Source: Candidatus Dormiibacterota bacterium (GTDB lineage: Bacteria > Chloroflexota > Dormibacteria > Dormibacterales > Dormibacteraceae). From it: 64,000 nucleotides of DNA. Location of the stretch: the NCBI GenBank assembly GCA_035468355.1, contig DATITA010000012.1, positions 15,228 to 79,227 on the forward strand, in the 5' to 3' direction. Below the pieces are notes generated by a model, which did no database searches, was not told where the DNA came from, and saw nothing but the letters and a program-made list of their open reading frames with translations. Both the position numbers and the translations under genes were made by a program. Shown here piece by piece: positions 36,181 to 45,880 of this stretch; within the stretch, counting starts at the first letter, position 1; each line of letters starts with the position of its first letter.

Positions 36181-38054
36181 TCGAGCTCACGCCACGCGTG
36201 GAGCTCGGCGGCGCCGCGCCGCGCGCTCGATGGTCGATGCGCCTGGTCGCCGCCGCGAGCCTCGGTTTGCTGGCGATCGGCGTGCTGGCGATCGAGCTCG
36301 CCGAGCTCCAGGTGCGCGACGGGATCCACCTCGCCGGGCTGGCCCGGGCCAACTCGGTGCACCGGGTCGTCCTCGAAGCGGACCGAGGGATCATCTATGA
36401 CCGCCACGGGACGCCGCTGGTGGAGAACAGCCCGGTCTGGAGCCTGGTGGTGGTGCCGGCAGCCCTGCCGGTGGATGCGGCCGCCCGCGCCTCGGAGCTC
36501 GCCGAGCTCGCTCGAATCACGGGCGTCGACGAGACGAAGATGGCGGACCAGCTGCTCGCGGCCGACGCATACGCCGGCATGACCGTCGCTTCGGAGCTCA
36601 CCCAGGTCGAGGAGCTCGCGGTCCAGGAACGTCTGCCGCAGCTCGCCGGGGCGTCGATCCGGCAGCGCTCGGTGAGGACCTACGTCGACCCGCTGGTGTT
36701 CGGCCACGTCGTCGGCTACGTGGGCCCGATCGACGGCACAGATGCCAAAAAGCTGCTCGGTTTCGGCTACCGGTCCGACGAATCAATCGGCAAGGTCGGC
36801 GTCGAAGCCGGGCTTGAGCCAATCTTGCGTGGCAAGGACGGTTGGGCGGACGAACAGGTTGACGCCCGAGGGCAGGTCGTGAAGACGCTCGCCATGCAGC
36901 TTTCGGTCCCTGGCGAAGCGGTGTACCTCAGCATCGACGCAGCGCTTCAGCGCGCGACTGCCGGCTCGCTGGCGGCGGGTCTGGCGCGAGATCACAAGAC
37001 CGCCGGCGCCTCGGTGGTGATCGACCCTCGCACGGGCGAGGTCCTCGCCATGGTCAGCCTGCCCGGCTACGACACCAACCTGTTCACGCATGGCATCAGC
37101 CAGCCCGAGTACAGCCGGCTGTTGCACGATCCTGACCGTCCGCTGTTGAACCGGGCCATCGCGGGCCAGTACGCCCCTGGCTCGACTTTCAAGATGGTCA
37201 CGGCGACCGCCGCCCTCCAGGAAGGCAAGATCACCGCGCAGACCCTGCTCAACTGTCCGCCGTACCTCAACCTTGGCGGCTGGGTGTATCACAACTGGGC
37301 CGCCTACAGCCTTGGGCTGATGAACGTCGCCAAGGCGCTGGCGACTTCGTGCGACACGTTCTTCTACCAGGTCGCCGCCATGGTGGGCGACGTCACGCTG
37401 GCGAAGTATGCGCGGGCCTTCGGCTTCGGCCAGGCCAAGTCGATCGAGATGCCGGGCGTGATGGCCGGCCTTGTCCCAGACAGCACCTGGAAGCAGCTCC
37501 AGTGCGGTGCGGCCGACCTCAACTCCGACTCGTGCCGGTGGACGGACGGCGACACGATCACCTTCGGCATCGGCCAGTCTTATCTCCTCACGACGCCGCT
37601 CAACCAGGCGGTCTACGTGGCAGCCCTTGCCAATGGGGGGCAGGTGCTGAAGCCGACGCTCGTGCACCAGGTCCGCGACGGTGCCGGCCGCATCGTCGAA
37701 ACACAGCATCCACTCGTGACGAGCACGGTCCCGGCCTCGCCGCAGACCATCCAGGCTGTGCGCGAGGGCATGAGGGAGGAGATCAATCGTCCGTACAACA
37801 TGAACTACTGGTTCCGCGCGGCCGGAGTGCCGGCCGACGGCGGCGGCAAGACGGGCACCGCGCAGTGGGGCGGCAGCGGCCTCGACCTTCCGACCCACGC
37901 CTGGTTCGTGTTCTTCGCGCCCTACTCGTCGCCGGACGTCGCGATGTCGATCTTCGTCGAGCGAGGAGAGCTGTCGGAGGTGGAGGCTGCGCCAATCGCG
38001 GTCGACATCATGAAGTTCTACCGCGCCAACCAGGCCGCGGTCCGGGGGCAATGA
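36177..38054 (+). CDS. mrdA: penicillin-binding protein 2 (elongasome transpeptidase)
   Basis: R-G-x-I-x-DR-x-G (DRGIIYDRHGTPL), STFK and KTGTAQ. TTG start with a TTGA overlap with mreD. Confidence 0.9.
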   Translation: MIELTPRVELGGAAPRARWSMRLVAAASLGLLAIGVLAIELAELQVRDGIHLAGLARANSVHRVVLEADRGIIYDRHGTPLVENSPVWSLVVVPAALPVDAAARASELAELARITGVDETKMADQLLAADAYAGMTVASELTQVEELAVQERLPQLAGASIRQRSVRTYVDPLVFGHVVGYVGPIDGTDAKKLLGFGYRSDESIGKVGVEAGLEPILRGKDGWADEQVDARGQVVKTLAMQLSVPGEAVYLSIDAALQRATAGSLAAGLARDHKTAGASVVIDPRTGEVLAMVSLPGYDTNLFTHGISQPEYSRLLHDPDRPLLNRAIAGQYAPGSTFKMVTATAALQEGKITAQTLLNCPPYLNLGGWVYHNWAAYSLGLMNVAKALATSCDTFFYQVAAMVGDVTLAKYARAFGFGQAKSIEMPGVMAGLVPDSTWKQLQCGAADLNSDSCRWTDGDTITFGIGQSYLLTTPLNQAVYVAALANGGQVLKPTLVHQVRDGAGRIVETQHPLVTSTVPASPQTIQAVREGMREEINRPYNMNYWFRAAGVPADGGGKTGTAQWGGSGLDLPTHAWFVFFAPYSSPDVAMSIFVERGELSEVEAAPIAVDIMKFYRANQAAVRGQ

Positions 38055-39172
38055 CCGGCCGGTCGGCCTGGAGGCGGCTGGACCACGCGCAGCCGATGCT
38101 GGCCGGGATCCTTTGCATGCTCGGTGTGATGACGGTGTTCAGCGCCAACGCGGACTGGGTCCGCCAGGTGCTGTGGGTCGTCCTCGGCGCAGCCGCATAC
38201 GTCGCGGCGTCGGCGTTCGATTACCAGAGGTTGCGTACGATCGCTCCCGGCCTTTACCTGGCGATGCTTCTGATGCTGCTCGCGGTCCGGCTCGTCGGCC
38301 GATCGGCGCTGGGCGCGCGCCGCTGGCTGTCGGTGGCGGGATTTCCGCTGGAGCCTTCAGAGATCTCCAAGCTCATCCTCGTGGTGGTCCTCGCCGCATA
38401 TCTCGCGCGGCAGGAGCGGCCCTCGTGGCGTGCATTCGCAGGAGCGCTCGCCCTGCTGGCGCCGCCGGCCTTCCTGATCCTCTCGCAGCCCGACCTCGGC
38501 ACGACCATCGTCTTCGTCGCGGTCCTGCTGGGCATGTTGTTCCTGGGTGGCGCTCGCCCGGCCCAACTGCTGTCCCTGGTCGCAGCCGGGGCGGTCGCGC
38601 TGCCCCTGCTGCCCCACCTGCTGCACGGTTACCAGCGCCGCCGGCTCGACATCTTCCTCGATCCGCACCAGGACCCGCTGGGCGCCGGCTACAACCTGCT
38701 GCAGGCGCGAATTGCGGTCGGGGCGGGTGGATTCTTCGGCCAGGGCTGGCTGCACGGACTGCAGGGACAGCTCGGGTTCGTGCCCGAGCGCGCGACCGAC
38801 TTCGTGTTCGCGATCTTCGCGGAGGAGTTCGGCCTGCTGGGCAGCCTGGTGCTGCTGGCGATCTTCGGGATGCTCCTTATTCGCGTGCTCCGGGCCGCCG
38901 CAGTGGCCTCGGACCGGTTCGGTGAGCTGATGGCCGGCGGGGTGTTCGCGATGATTTTCGTCCAGGTCGTGCAGAACGTCGGAATGAACGTCGGGCTGCT
39001 TCCGATCGCCGGCATCCCACTGCCCCTGATCTCGTACGGGGGCTCGGCCACGATCACGATCCTGGCCGCGCTCGGCGTGGTGCAATCCGTGGTGCTCCGG
39101 CGGCGGGCCGTGCTCCACCGGGAAGACTCGAGCCCCGCTCTTGGTACAATCACACGCCGTGCCCAAGCCTGA
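38051..39172 (+). CDS. rodA: SEDS peptidoglycan polymerase RodA
   Basis: EISKLILVV, QPDLGT, ATDFVFAIFAEEFG and PLPLISYGGSA. ATGA overlap with mrdA. Confidence 0.9.
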   Translation: MTGRSAWRRLDHAQPMLAGILCMLGVMTVFSANADWVRQVLWVVLGAAAYVAASAFDYQRLRTIAPGLYLAMLLMLLAVRLVGRSALGARRWLSVAGFPLEPSEISKLILVVVLAAYLARQERPSWRAFAGALALLAPPAFLILSQPDLGTTIVFVAVLLGMLFLGGARPAQLLSLVAAGAVALPLLPHLLHGYQRRRLDIFLDPHQDPLGAGYNLLQARIAVGAGGFFGQGWLHGLQGQLGFVPERATDFVFAIFAEEFGLLGSLVLLAIFGMLLIRVLRAAAVASDRFGELMAGGVFAMIFVQVVQNVGMNVGLLPIAGIPLPLISYGGSATITILAALGVVQSVVLRRRAVLHREDSSPALGTITRRAQA

Positions 39173-39677
39173 TAGTTCGCTGTCGGCTGTTGTCGTCAGC
39201 GGTGGAAAGCAGTACCGGGTGGCGCCTGGCGACCATATCCTGGTCGACCGGATCGCCGCGGAGCCGGGTTCTTCGCTGAAACTCGACCGCGTCCTGCTGT
39301 TCAACGACGGAAACGAGATCAAGATCGGGGCCCCAGGGATCGAAGGCGTCGACGTCGAGGTCAAGATCCTCGCGCACAGGCGCGGGCCACGCCTCGAGAG
39401 CCTCCGCTACAAGTCCAAGAAGCGGGTCCGCGTCCACCACGGCGGCCGCGCCGACCTGACCGCGATCGAGATCATCGCCGTCGGCGGCATCAAGGCCGAG
39501 CCTCGCAAGGAAGGAGCCGCCAAGGACAAGCCGGCGGCCACGGCGAAAGCCCCGACCAAGCCGAAGGCCAAAGCCAAAAGGGTCACGACGCCCAAGGCGG
39601 AAGCGGTCGAAGAAACGTCAGAAGCGCCGGCCAAGCGAGCCCCTCGCAAGTCGCGCGCCAAGAAGGAGACGGAGTAA
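39159..39677 (+). CDS. rplU: 50S ribosomal protein L21 with a Lys/Ala/Pro-rich C-terminal extension
   Basis: [12 protein letters not shown]...RVLLF. The start is uncertain (TTG 39141, GTG 39159 or CTG 39180). Confidence 0.85.
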   Translation: MPKPDSSLSAVVVSGGKQYRVAPGDHILVDRIAAEPGSSLKLDRVLLFNDGNEIKIGAPGIEGVDVEVKILAHRRGPRLESLRYKSKKRVRVHHGGRADLTAIEIIAVGGIKAEPRKEGAAKDKPAATAKAPTKPKAKAKRVTTPKAEAVEETSEAPAKRAPRKSRAKKETE

Positions 39678-39940
39678 TGGCACATAAGAAAGGAGGCGGC
39701 TCCTCCCGCAACGGCCGCGACTCCAAGCCGAAGATGCTCGGCGTGAAGATCTACGGAGGCCAGCTCGTGGACGCCGGGGCCATCATCGTCCGGCAGCGTG
39801 GAACCAAGATCGCCGCAGGGGCCGGGGTAGGGCTCGGCCGGGACCACACCCTTTTCGCCCTCGTTCCGGGCGAGGTCAAGTTCGAGCGGGTGGGCAAGGA
39901 TGGCCGCCGCGTCACAGTAGCGAAGAACGCCGAAGACTGA
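39677..39940 (+). CDS. rpmA: 50S ribosomal protein L27
   Basis: [16 protein letters not shown]...[16 protein letters not shown] overlap with rplU. Confidence 0.95.
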   Translation: MAHKKGGGSSRNGRDSKPKMLGVKIYGGQLVDAGAIIVRQRGTKIAAGAGVGLGRDHTLFALVPGEVKFERVGKDGRRVTVAKNAED

Positions 39941-39977
39941 CAGCCGGCGCCAGTTCATCGATACCGCGCACATCCAC

Positions 39978-41189
39978 GTGCGCGGCGGTCATGGCGGAAA
40001 AGGCTCGGCCTCATTTCGACGCGAGCCGTTCATCCCCCGAGGGGGTCCTGACGGCGGCGACGGCGGTCGCGGCGGCTCGGTGATCCTCGAGGCCACCACC
40101 AACCAGTCCGACCTCTCGCTCTTCAAGCAGCGCTCGCGATGGCTGGCCGAAGCCGGCACCGACGGCGCGGGCGGCCGCAAGACGGGGAAGCGCGGCGCCG
40201 ACATCACCATCAAGGTGCCGGTGGGGACGATCGTGCTCGACGCGGAGGGCGCTCTGATCGCGGACCTCGACCTGCCGGGCGCGACTGCGGTGGTCGCCAG
40301 GGGTGGCGAGGGGGGGCGCGGCAACGTCCACTTCAAGAGCTCGACCCGCCGCGCGCCCGATTACGCGGAGCCCGGGATGAAGGGCGACGAGCTGAATCTC
40401 ACTCTCGATCTCAAGCTCATCGCCGACGTGGGTTTGGTCGGGGCCCCGAACGCCGGCAAGTCCTCGCTCCTGCGGGCCCTCACGGCCGCGCATCCGAAAG
40501 TCGCGGACTACCCTTTCACGACCCTCGATCCCGAGCTGGGCGTGGCCGAGTCGGTCGCCGGTCGGATCGTGATCGCGGACATCCCCGGCCTCATCGAGGG
40601 CGCGGCGCAGGGTGCGGGCCTGGGCCGGAGGTTCCTGCGCCACGTCGAGCGGACCAGGGTCCTGGTCTACGTGGTCGATGGATCAGGGACGGATCCATGG
40701 CACGACCTCGCGACCGTCCGCAAGGAGGTCGAGACGTTTTCGGGCGAGATGGCCGAGCGCCCCCACCTCGTGGCGGTCAACAAGCTCGACCTGGAGGCGA
40801 CGCGCCGCCTTAAGACACGGACGCGGCGAAAGGGCGTGCAGTTCGTCTCAGCCCTCACTGGCGACGGACTGCCCGAGCTCATGGGCGCGATCGTTGCCGC
40901 CCTCGCCATCGCGCCGGAGCCGCGCATGCCCGCGCGGCCGAAGGCCACCGTCCTTCCGGCGAGGGCCCGGTCGGAGCTGATGGTGCAGAAGGAATCGTGG
41001 GGATACACGGTCCGAGGCGAACGGGTCGAACAGCTCGTCGAGCGGACCGACCTGGAGTCGGAGGGGGCGCTTGCGCGCTTCCAGTCGGAGCTCGACCGAA
41101 TCGGCGTCAACACCGCGCTGGAATCGGCCGGGATCGAACCAGGCGACACCGTGCGGATCTCGGGCATCGAGTTCGAGTACCAACCGTGA
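39978..41189 (+). CDS. obg: GTPase Obg/CgtA
   Basis: Gly-rich Obg fold (GGPDGGDGGRGGSV), G1 motif GAPNAGKSS, DIPGLIEGA, NKLD and a C-terminal OCT domain. The first canonical start is the GTG at 39978, but conserved N-terminal residues are encoded upstream of it (see findings). Confidence 0.9.
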   Translation: MRGGHGGKGSASFRREPFIPRGGPDGGDGGRGGSVILEATTNQSDLSLFKQRSRWLAEAGTDGAGGRKTGKRGADITIKVPVGTIVLDAEGALIADLDLPGATAVVARGGEGGRGNVHFKSSTRRAPDYAEPGMKGDELNLTLDLKLIADVGLVGAPNAGKSSLLRALTAAHPKVADYPFTTLDPELGVAESVAGRIVIADIPGLIEGAAQGAGLGRRFLRHVERTRVLVYVVDGSGTDPWHDLATVRKEVETFSGEMAERPHLVAVNKLDLEATRRLKTRTRRKGVQFVSALTGDGLPELMGAIVAALAIAPEPRMPARPKATVLPARARSELMVQKESWGYTVRGERVEQLVERTDLESEGALARFQSELDRIGVNTALESAGIEPGDTVRISGIEFEYQP

Positions 41190-41791
41190 GAGTCGGGGTC
41201 CTGGGTGGTACGTTCGACCCCATCCACCTCGGGCACCTTGCCGCCGCGGAGGCGGCCATCGCCTGCGCCGAGCTGGAGAGAGTCCTCATCATGCCCAGCG
41301 CGCAACCTCCGCACCGGCCGGGGGCCATCGCCACCGCCGAAGAGCGCCTGGCCATGTGCCGCCTCGCCGTCGAAGGGCGCTCGCGGCTCGAGGTTTCGGA
41401 CGTCGAGGTTCGTCACGGGGGACCTTCGTACACGGTCGACACGGTGGTCGAGCTCAAAAGGCTGGCGCCGCAGGACGACCTGTTCCTGATCCTCGGTTGG
41501 GATGCCGCCGCGCTCTTCTCCACCTGGCAACGGCCTGAGAAGGTTCGGTCGCTGGCCGCCGTGGTGGTCATCGGCAGGCCGGGGACCCAGGCTCCTGGCG
41601 CGGACCAGCTGTCCGCCGCCGGACTCGACGTGGAGAGGACCATCCTGTGCCTGCGGCCGACGCCCGACATCTCCGGAAGCGCGCTTCGCCGCGCGATCGC
41701 AGCGGGCGAGACGGTGTCCGGCAAGGTTCCTCCGGCGGTGGAGCGATACATCGCCTCGCACGGCCTCTACAGGGATAATCGAAAGAGTTGA
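41186..41791 (+). CDS. nadD: nicotinate-nucleotide adenylyltransferase
   Basis: GVLGGTFDPIHLGHL and ISGSALR. GTGA overlap with obg. Confidence 0.9.
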   Translation: MRVGVLGGTFDPIHLGHLAAAEAAIACAELERVLIMPSAQPPHRPGAIATAEERLAMCRLAVEGRSRLEVSDVEVRHGGPSYTVDTVVELKRLAPQDDLFLILGWDAAALFSTWQRPEKVRSLAAVVVIGRPGTQAPGADQLSAAGLDVERTILCLRPTPDISGSALRRAIAAGETVSGKVPPAVERYIASHGLYRDNRKS

Positions 41792-42165
41792 GAGCCTCCC
41801 GAAGCAAGGGTCCGACCCCTCTCCAGCTGGCGCGCCTGCTGCGCAGCGCTGCGGTCGACAAGAAGGCGTGGGACCCGGTCGTCATCGACGTCCGCGAGCA
41901 GACCACCGTGGCCGATTACTTCGTGATCTGCGAGGGCGAGACCGACCGTCAGGCTCGTGCGATCGCAGACGGGATGGTCGAGGCCGCCAAGCTCAAGGAG
42001 CTCAGGCCGCTGGCGGTCGACGGATACGAGGACGCCACGTGGATCCTGCTGGACTTCGACTCGGTCCTCGCCCACGTGTTCCTCCCCGGCGAGCGCTCGT
42101 ACTACGACCTCGAGAGCCTGTGGGCGCCCGCCGCCAAGCGGCGGCGCAAGGCCGCCACTCCCTAA
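41788..42165 (+). CDS. rsfS: ribosome silencing factor RsfS (iojap family)
   Basis: DYFVICEGETDRQARAIAD...WILLDFDSVLAHVF..ER.YYDLE.LW. Confidence 0.9.
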   Translation: MRASRSKGPTPLQLARLLRSAAVDKKAWDPVVIDVREQTTVADYFVICEGETDRQARAIADGMVEAAKLKELRPLAVDGYEDATWILLDFDSVLAHVFLPGERSYYDLESLWAPAAKRRRKAATP

Positions 42166-42189
42166 GCCGGATGCTTTGTGGAGCCTTCA

Positions 42190-42208
42190 GGCCGGATTCA
42201 TTCCGGCC
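42190..42208. terminator. hairpin between the convergent rsfS and merR-like genes (7-bp stem, 5-nt loop; no U-tract)
   Basis: ggccgga-ttcat-tccggcc. A second small hairpin, gaggac-aac-gtcctc, lies at 42275..42289. Confidence 0.3.
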
Positions 42209-42301
42209 GTCCTCCCGCATCCACTTTCCAGGCGCCTCCCCGCGTTGCTGGTGGAAGGAGGGGGTCCCGCGGGGGAGGACAACGTCCTCACCCGCGCTGG
42301 T

Positions 42302-42655
42302 TTAGATCAGTTGCGCGTATCGGTCGAAGACGTCGCGCAGCTCGCCGGGCGGCTCGATGCGGTGCTTCTTCATGACGTCGAACAGGCTCAGGATGTGTCG
42401 CACGCCTGCGAGGGTGACCCCCTTCTCGCGCGTGAGGTGCTGGATCACCTGCACCTTGCTGATGTCCCTTTGCGAGTAGCGGCGCCGGTTGGTCGTGGTC
42501 CGATGCGGCTGGATGAGGTTCGCGTCTTCGTAGAGCATCAACGTGCGGGGATGCGTTTCGAGGATCTCGGCCGCGACGCTGATCGTGTACAGAGGTTTGT
42601 CCAGGTCGCTGAACGACGGGTGAGGGCTCCGCGGGCCCTGTCGCTGGTTCGACAC
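42302..42655 (-). CDS. MerR-family regulator, HspR-like
   Basis: YTISVAAEILETHPRTLMLYEDANLIQPHRTTTNRRRYSQRDI...GVTLAGVRHIL. Starts 1 nt after the tadC stop. Confidence 0.7.
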   Translation of the reverse strand: MSNQRQGPRSPHPSFSDLDKPLYTISVAAEILETHPRTLMLYEDANLIQPHRTTTNRRRYSQRDISKVQVIQHLTREKGVTLAGVRHILSLFDVMKKHRIEPPGELRDVFDRYAQLI

Positions 42656-42656
42656 G

Positions 42657-43541
42657 CTATCTGACGGTCTTCAGGATCTGGATGATGGCCGGGCCAAGGA
42701 GCACGATCCACAGGACTGGGAAGATGCAGCCCACCATGGGAAAAACCATCCGGGAGGATGCCTGGGCGGCGCGCTCTTGCGCGGTCTGGCGCTGGCGCCG
42801 GCGCATCTCGGTCGCCTGGACCCTCAGCAATCGAGCGATCGGCACTCCCATCTGGTCGGACTGGACGATGGATTCGACCAGGTGATGAAGGTCGGCGACG
42901 CCCGTCGCGTCGGCCATGTGCTCAAGCGCCGCCATGCGTGGCCGGCCCAACCTGATCTCGCGCAACACTTTGCCGATCTCGTCGCCCAGCGCGTTGTGGA
43001 AACGCTCGGTGATGCTGAGCAGGCCTTCGTCGAGGCTCATGCCCGACTCGACCACCAGGGTCAGAAGATCGGTCGCCTCGGCCAGCGAACGCCTGATCTG
43101 GGCCCGCCGCCGGGCTATCTGCTGCTCGAGCCACAGGTTGGGCGCAAAGTAGCCGACCGCGGCGAGGACCAGCCCTGAGACCGGGGCCATCAAAAGGACC
43201 GGCAAAGGGCTGGGGATGAGCAGCCCGCCGCCAAGGCCGGCGATGGCAAGGAGCGCCGCCAGGCTGTAGCGAACTGCCTGGAATCCCGCCGGGGTCAACC
43301 CCCCCGGGTCGCCGGCCCGGCTCAGCTTCTGGCGCAGGAGTCCCGCCGACCGAGGCGTCAGCCGCGTGGCGAACGGCCGCACCATGGACTCGAGCTGCTT
43401 GACCAAGCCGCGCCGCGGGGGGGTCACGAGGAACCCTCCGTCGGTGGCCGCCGCCGTGCGCCGCATCTGGTCGATGGCCACGAAGTAACCGGCGACGATG
43501 ACCCCGCAGATGACGCCCGCCGCAAGCGCGATCGGCAGCAT
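42657..43541 (-). CDS. tadC: Tad pilus platform protein TadC (T2SSF family)
   Basis: T2SSF core (LPEA-like LAEATDLLTLVVESGMSLDEGL ... QSDQMGVPIARLLRVQA) flanked by TM helices. Confidence 0.8.
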   Translation of the reverse strand: MLPIALAAGVICGVIVAGYFVAIDQMRRTAAATDGGFLVTPPRRGLVKQLESMVRPFATRLTPRSAGLLRQKLSRAGDPGGLTPAGFQAVRYSLAALLAIAGLGGGLLIPSPLPVLLMAPVSGLVLAAVGYFAPNLWLEQQIARRRAQIRRSLAEATDLLTLVVESGMSLDEGLLSITERFHNALGDEIGKVLREIRLGRPRMAALEHMADATGVADLHHLVESIVQSDQMGVPIARLLRVQATEMRRRQRQTAQERAAQASSRMVFPMVGCIFPVLWIVLLGPAIIQILKTVR

Positions 43542-44485
43542 CAGCTCTCCAGGGCGGTCATGCGCTGGATGATGACGTTGCCGATGAGGACCAGCAAGGC
43601 TGCCACCCCCAGCAGCACGTAACCCACGAAGGTCGTGGTCATGGGCGCGAAGTAGCCCGGCACGAAGATGTACAGGCCCAGGGCGAGCAGGATCGGCAGG
43701 CCCGTGATGATGGTCGCCGACGCGCGCGACTGCGCGGTGAGCACGCTCATGTCGCGTTTGGTCTGAAGGCGGTCGCGCAGGGTGTCCGAGATGGTGTCCA
43801 GCACTTCGGCCAGGTTGCCGCCGACCCGAACGTGGAGGAGGATCGCGGTAACGATGAACTCCAGGTCGGGGCTGTTGATGCGAAGCAGAAGCGCGCTGAG
43901 AGCGTCCTCGACGGACGTGCCAAGCGTGATCTCGGTGGTCACCCGCTCGAACTCGGTTGAGACCGGCGGCTGCGATTTGGCGGCCACAGTCTCGAGGGCG
44001 CGGTCGATGGCGTAGCCGGTCTTCAGCGAGTTGGACAGCAGCTGGAGCATGCTGCCGAGCTGGTCGTTGAACAGCGTCTGGCGCCGGCGCTGGAGAAAGC
44101 CGACGACCAGCGGCGGCACTATGAACCCCACCGCTCCCAGGATCACCGGCCCTGCCGATATGCCGAAGCGGAACAAACCGACGAGAGCGCCCAGGGCGAC
44201 CGCGCCGATGCGGATCAGCAGGTACTCGGACGGCGTGATGTTCAAGCCGGCTCGCGCGAGCTCTTCGGTCAGGGTCGGCTTGCCCTGCACCGTCCTGCGC
44301 TGGCTCAGGTTGTCGGCCGCCGGCCGCAGCAACCGTTCGACGAGCTCCCGGGGCGTCGCCCTCGGCGCCGTGGACGCGGGAGTCCGGGTGACGTGCTCTT
44401 TGCGCACCCGATCCAGGCTCCAGAAGAAGACGGCGATGGCCGCCGCCATGGGAACGGCGACGATGACTTGCGGCGGGAGGTTCAC
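43541..44485 (-). CDS. tadB: Tad pilus platform protein TadB (T2SSF family)
   Basis: FNDQLGSMLQLLSNSLKTGYAIDRAL...VRVGGNLAEVLDTISDTLR plus TM helices. Confidence 0.8.
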   Translation of the reverse strand: MNLPPQVIVAVPMAAAIAVFFWSLDRVRKEHVTRTPASTAPRATPRELVERLLRPAADNLSQRRTVQGKPTLTEELARAGLNITPSEYLLIRIGAVALGALVGLFRFGISAGPVILGAVGFIVPPLVVGFLQRRRQTLFNDQLGSMLQLLSNSLKTGYAIDRALETVAAKSQPPVSTEFERVTTEITLGTSVEDALSALLLRINSPDLEFIVTAILLHVRVGGNLAEVLDTISDTLRDRLQTKRDMSVLTAQSRASATIITGLPILLALGLYIFVPGYFAPMTTTFVGYVLLGVAALLVLIGNVIIQRMTALES

Positions 44486-44495
44486 CTTCGGCTGC

Positions 44496-45269
44496 CTAGA
44501 AAAGAGTCGGGTATGCGGCCTGGATGAGCTGTAGGGTGACGCCCTTAGCGGCCGCGACGGACGGGCACGTGGGGTCGGGGGTCTGGGCGCCGGGCTGTAG
44601 ATAGTCGTGGTACGACTCCAGCGCGTACTTCAGCGAGGCGTAGGTCAAAAACCAGGTGATGATCTCCGCCTGGCACTCCGAAACGACCACGGTGAGGCTG
44701 GTCGCGCTTGCGGCCCCGGCGCCCGACGAGGCTGCCCCAGGCCCCACCCGGATCACGTGCAGGTTGGTGAAGATCGTCTTGGATGCGACCTTGGGGCCGG
44801 TCGAAACCGTGGCGATGACGGAGATGTAGTCGTCCGGCTGGATGTAATTGGCCACGCCCTGCTGCTCGCTGGTCGGGATGGTGATCGCCACGTACCCCGA
44901 CGGGATCGGCAGGAACTCTGACTGCGAACCCAGGGCCTGGCTGGGCTTGGCCACCTCATTGGAGGTCACCGCCTGTCCGCTTGCGACCGGGACCAGCGGG
45001 ATCGTCCCGGCGACGTCCCGGATCTGGGTGAAGTAGATCTGAGGGTAATCGGCCGGGACGGGGATGGTCTTCAGAGCCAGCGATCCCGCTGCGATCGGGA
45101 TCCGTGGTGGCAGGCCGGTGGTCGTGACGACGACCGTCTTCTGGGGACTGCTGCCAGCCTGTTGGGCGTTGAGAGCTACGAGCACGAACGCCACGATCAC
45201 GAGAAGAGCGAGCACGATGCCCAGCAGGGTGAACGGCCTTCGTGACGTAAGGCCGGTCAAATTCCGCAC
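44496..45269 (-). CDS. cpaB: Flp pilus assembly protein CpaB/RcpC (SAF domain)
   Basis: N-terminal TM helix, then VVVTTTGLPPRIPIAAGSL...VASGQAVTSNEV and IPSGYVAITIP. Confidence 0.75.
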   Translation of the reverse strand: MRNLTGLTSRRPFTLLGIVLALLVIVAFVLVALNAQQAGSSPQKTVVVTTTGLPPRIPIAAGSLALKTIPVPADYPQIYFTQIRDVAGTIPLVPVASGQAVTSNEVAKPSQALGSQSEFLPIPSGYVAITIPTSEQQGVANYIQPDDYISVIATVSTGPKVASKTIFTNLHVIRVGPGAASSGAGAASATSLTVVVSECQAEIITWFLTYASLKYALESYHDYLQPGAQTPDPTCPSVAAAKGVTLQLIQAAYPTLF

Positions 45270-45298
45270 AGCCGACCCATCATAGGCAAGATATCCCG

Positions 45299-45880
45299 GT
45301 GCCGCGCCCCCCTTACCCGACCCACCGACCTCGCAAGGCGCTTCAGCATGGGCAATCCATGGTCGAGTTCGCGCTCTCGTCCGTGGTGCTTTTGCTGCTC
45401 GTGGGCGGCCTCGTGGACATCGGCCGGTCGGTCTTCATCAGCGAGGCTCTGTCGAATGCGGCCCGTGAAGGCGCACGCCATGGAGCCTGGTTCAGCGCCC
45501 CGACCCAGTCGCATCCATACCTAGACGACGCCCAGATCAAGGCGACCGTGGATTCCGAGCTGGCCACGATCTCGCTACCGGCGTCCGTGCTCAAGAACCC
45601 CACGACGACGTGTCCGGCGACCGCCGACGGCAATGCCTTTCACAACCCGCCGTTCGTGACCTCGGCCTACCCGGCCACGGCCAACCAGTCGTGGCTCTAC
45701 ATCTGCTACAACAACACGCCCGGCCTCGACTTCGCCAGCCCGGCGGCCAACCAGTCTCACCTCGACCTGAACGTGATCGTCCTGTACGACTACGGCCCGC
45801 TGACGCCGATCATCAGCAGCGATTTCGGCCTGTTCCGCCTCGCCGCCAACGAGCACATGACCGTGCAGGGCAGCGGATGA
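45299..45880 (+). CDS. TadE-like pseudopilin
   Basis: ...HGQSMVEFALSSVVLLLLVGGLVDIGRSVF (TadE N-terminal motif). Confidence 0.75.
   Translation: MPRPPYPTHRPRKALQHGQSMVEFALSSVVLLLLVGGLVDIGRSVFISEALSNAAREGARHGAWFSAPTQSHPYLDDAQIKATVDSELATISLPASVLKNPTTTCPATADGNAFHNPPFVTSAYPATANQSWLYICYNNTPGLDFASPAANQSHLDLNVIVLYDYGPLTPIISSDFGLFRLAANEHMTVQGSG

Noticed and set aside
37349-38050. The 234-aa N-terminal extension of rodA in the ORF track (37349..39172); similarly 19583..20188 for the PBP, 40997..41185 for nadD, 45610..45876 for the second tadE-like gene, 31153..31281, 31697..31813 and 32725..32862.
   Set aside because: These extensions lie in alternative frames of the upstream genes and have Arg/Pro-rich composition. 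Internal starts that overlap the upstream stop codon (ATGA/GTGA) give proteins beginning at the conserved N-termini.
45270-45298. A Flp pilin gene in the tad divergent gap; also sought in 42166..42301 and around 53289..53348.
   Set aside because: The gaps are too short, and their translations lack the G/xxxxEY leader plus hydrophobic helix.
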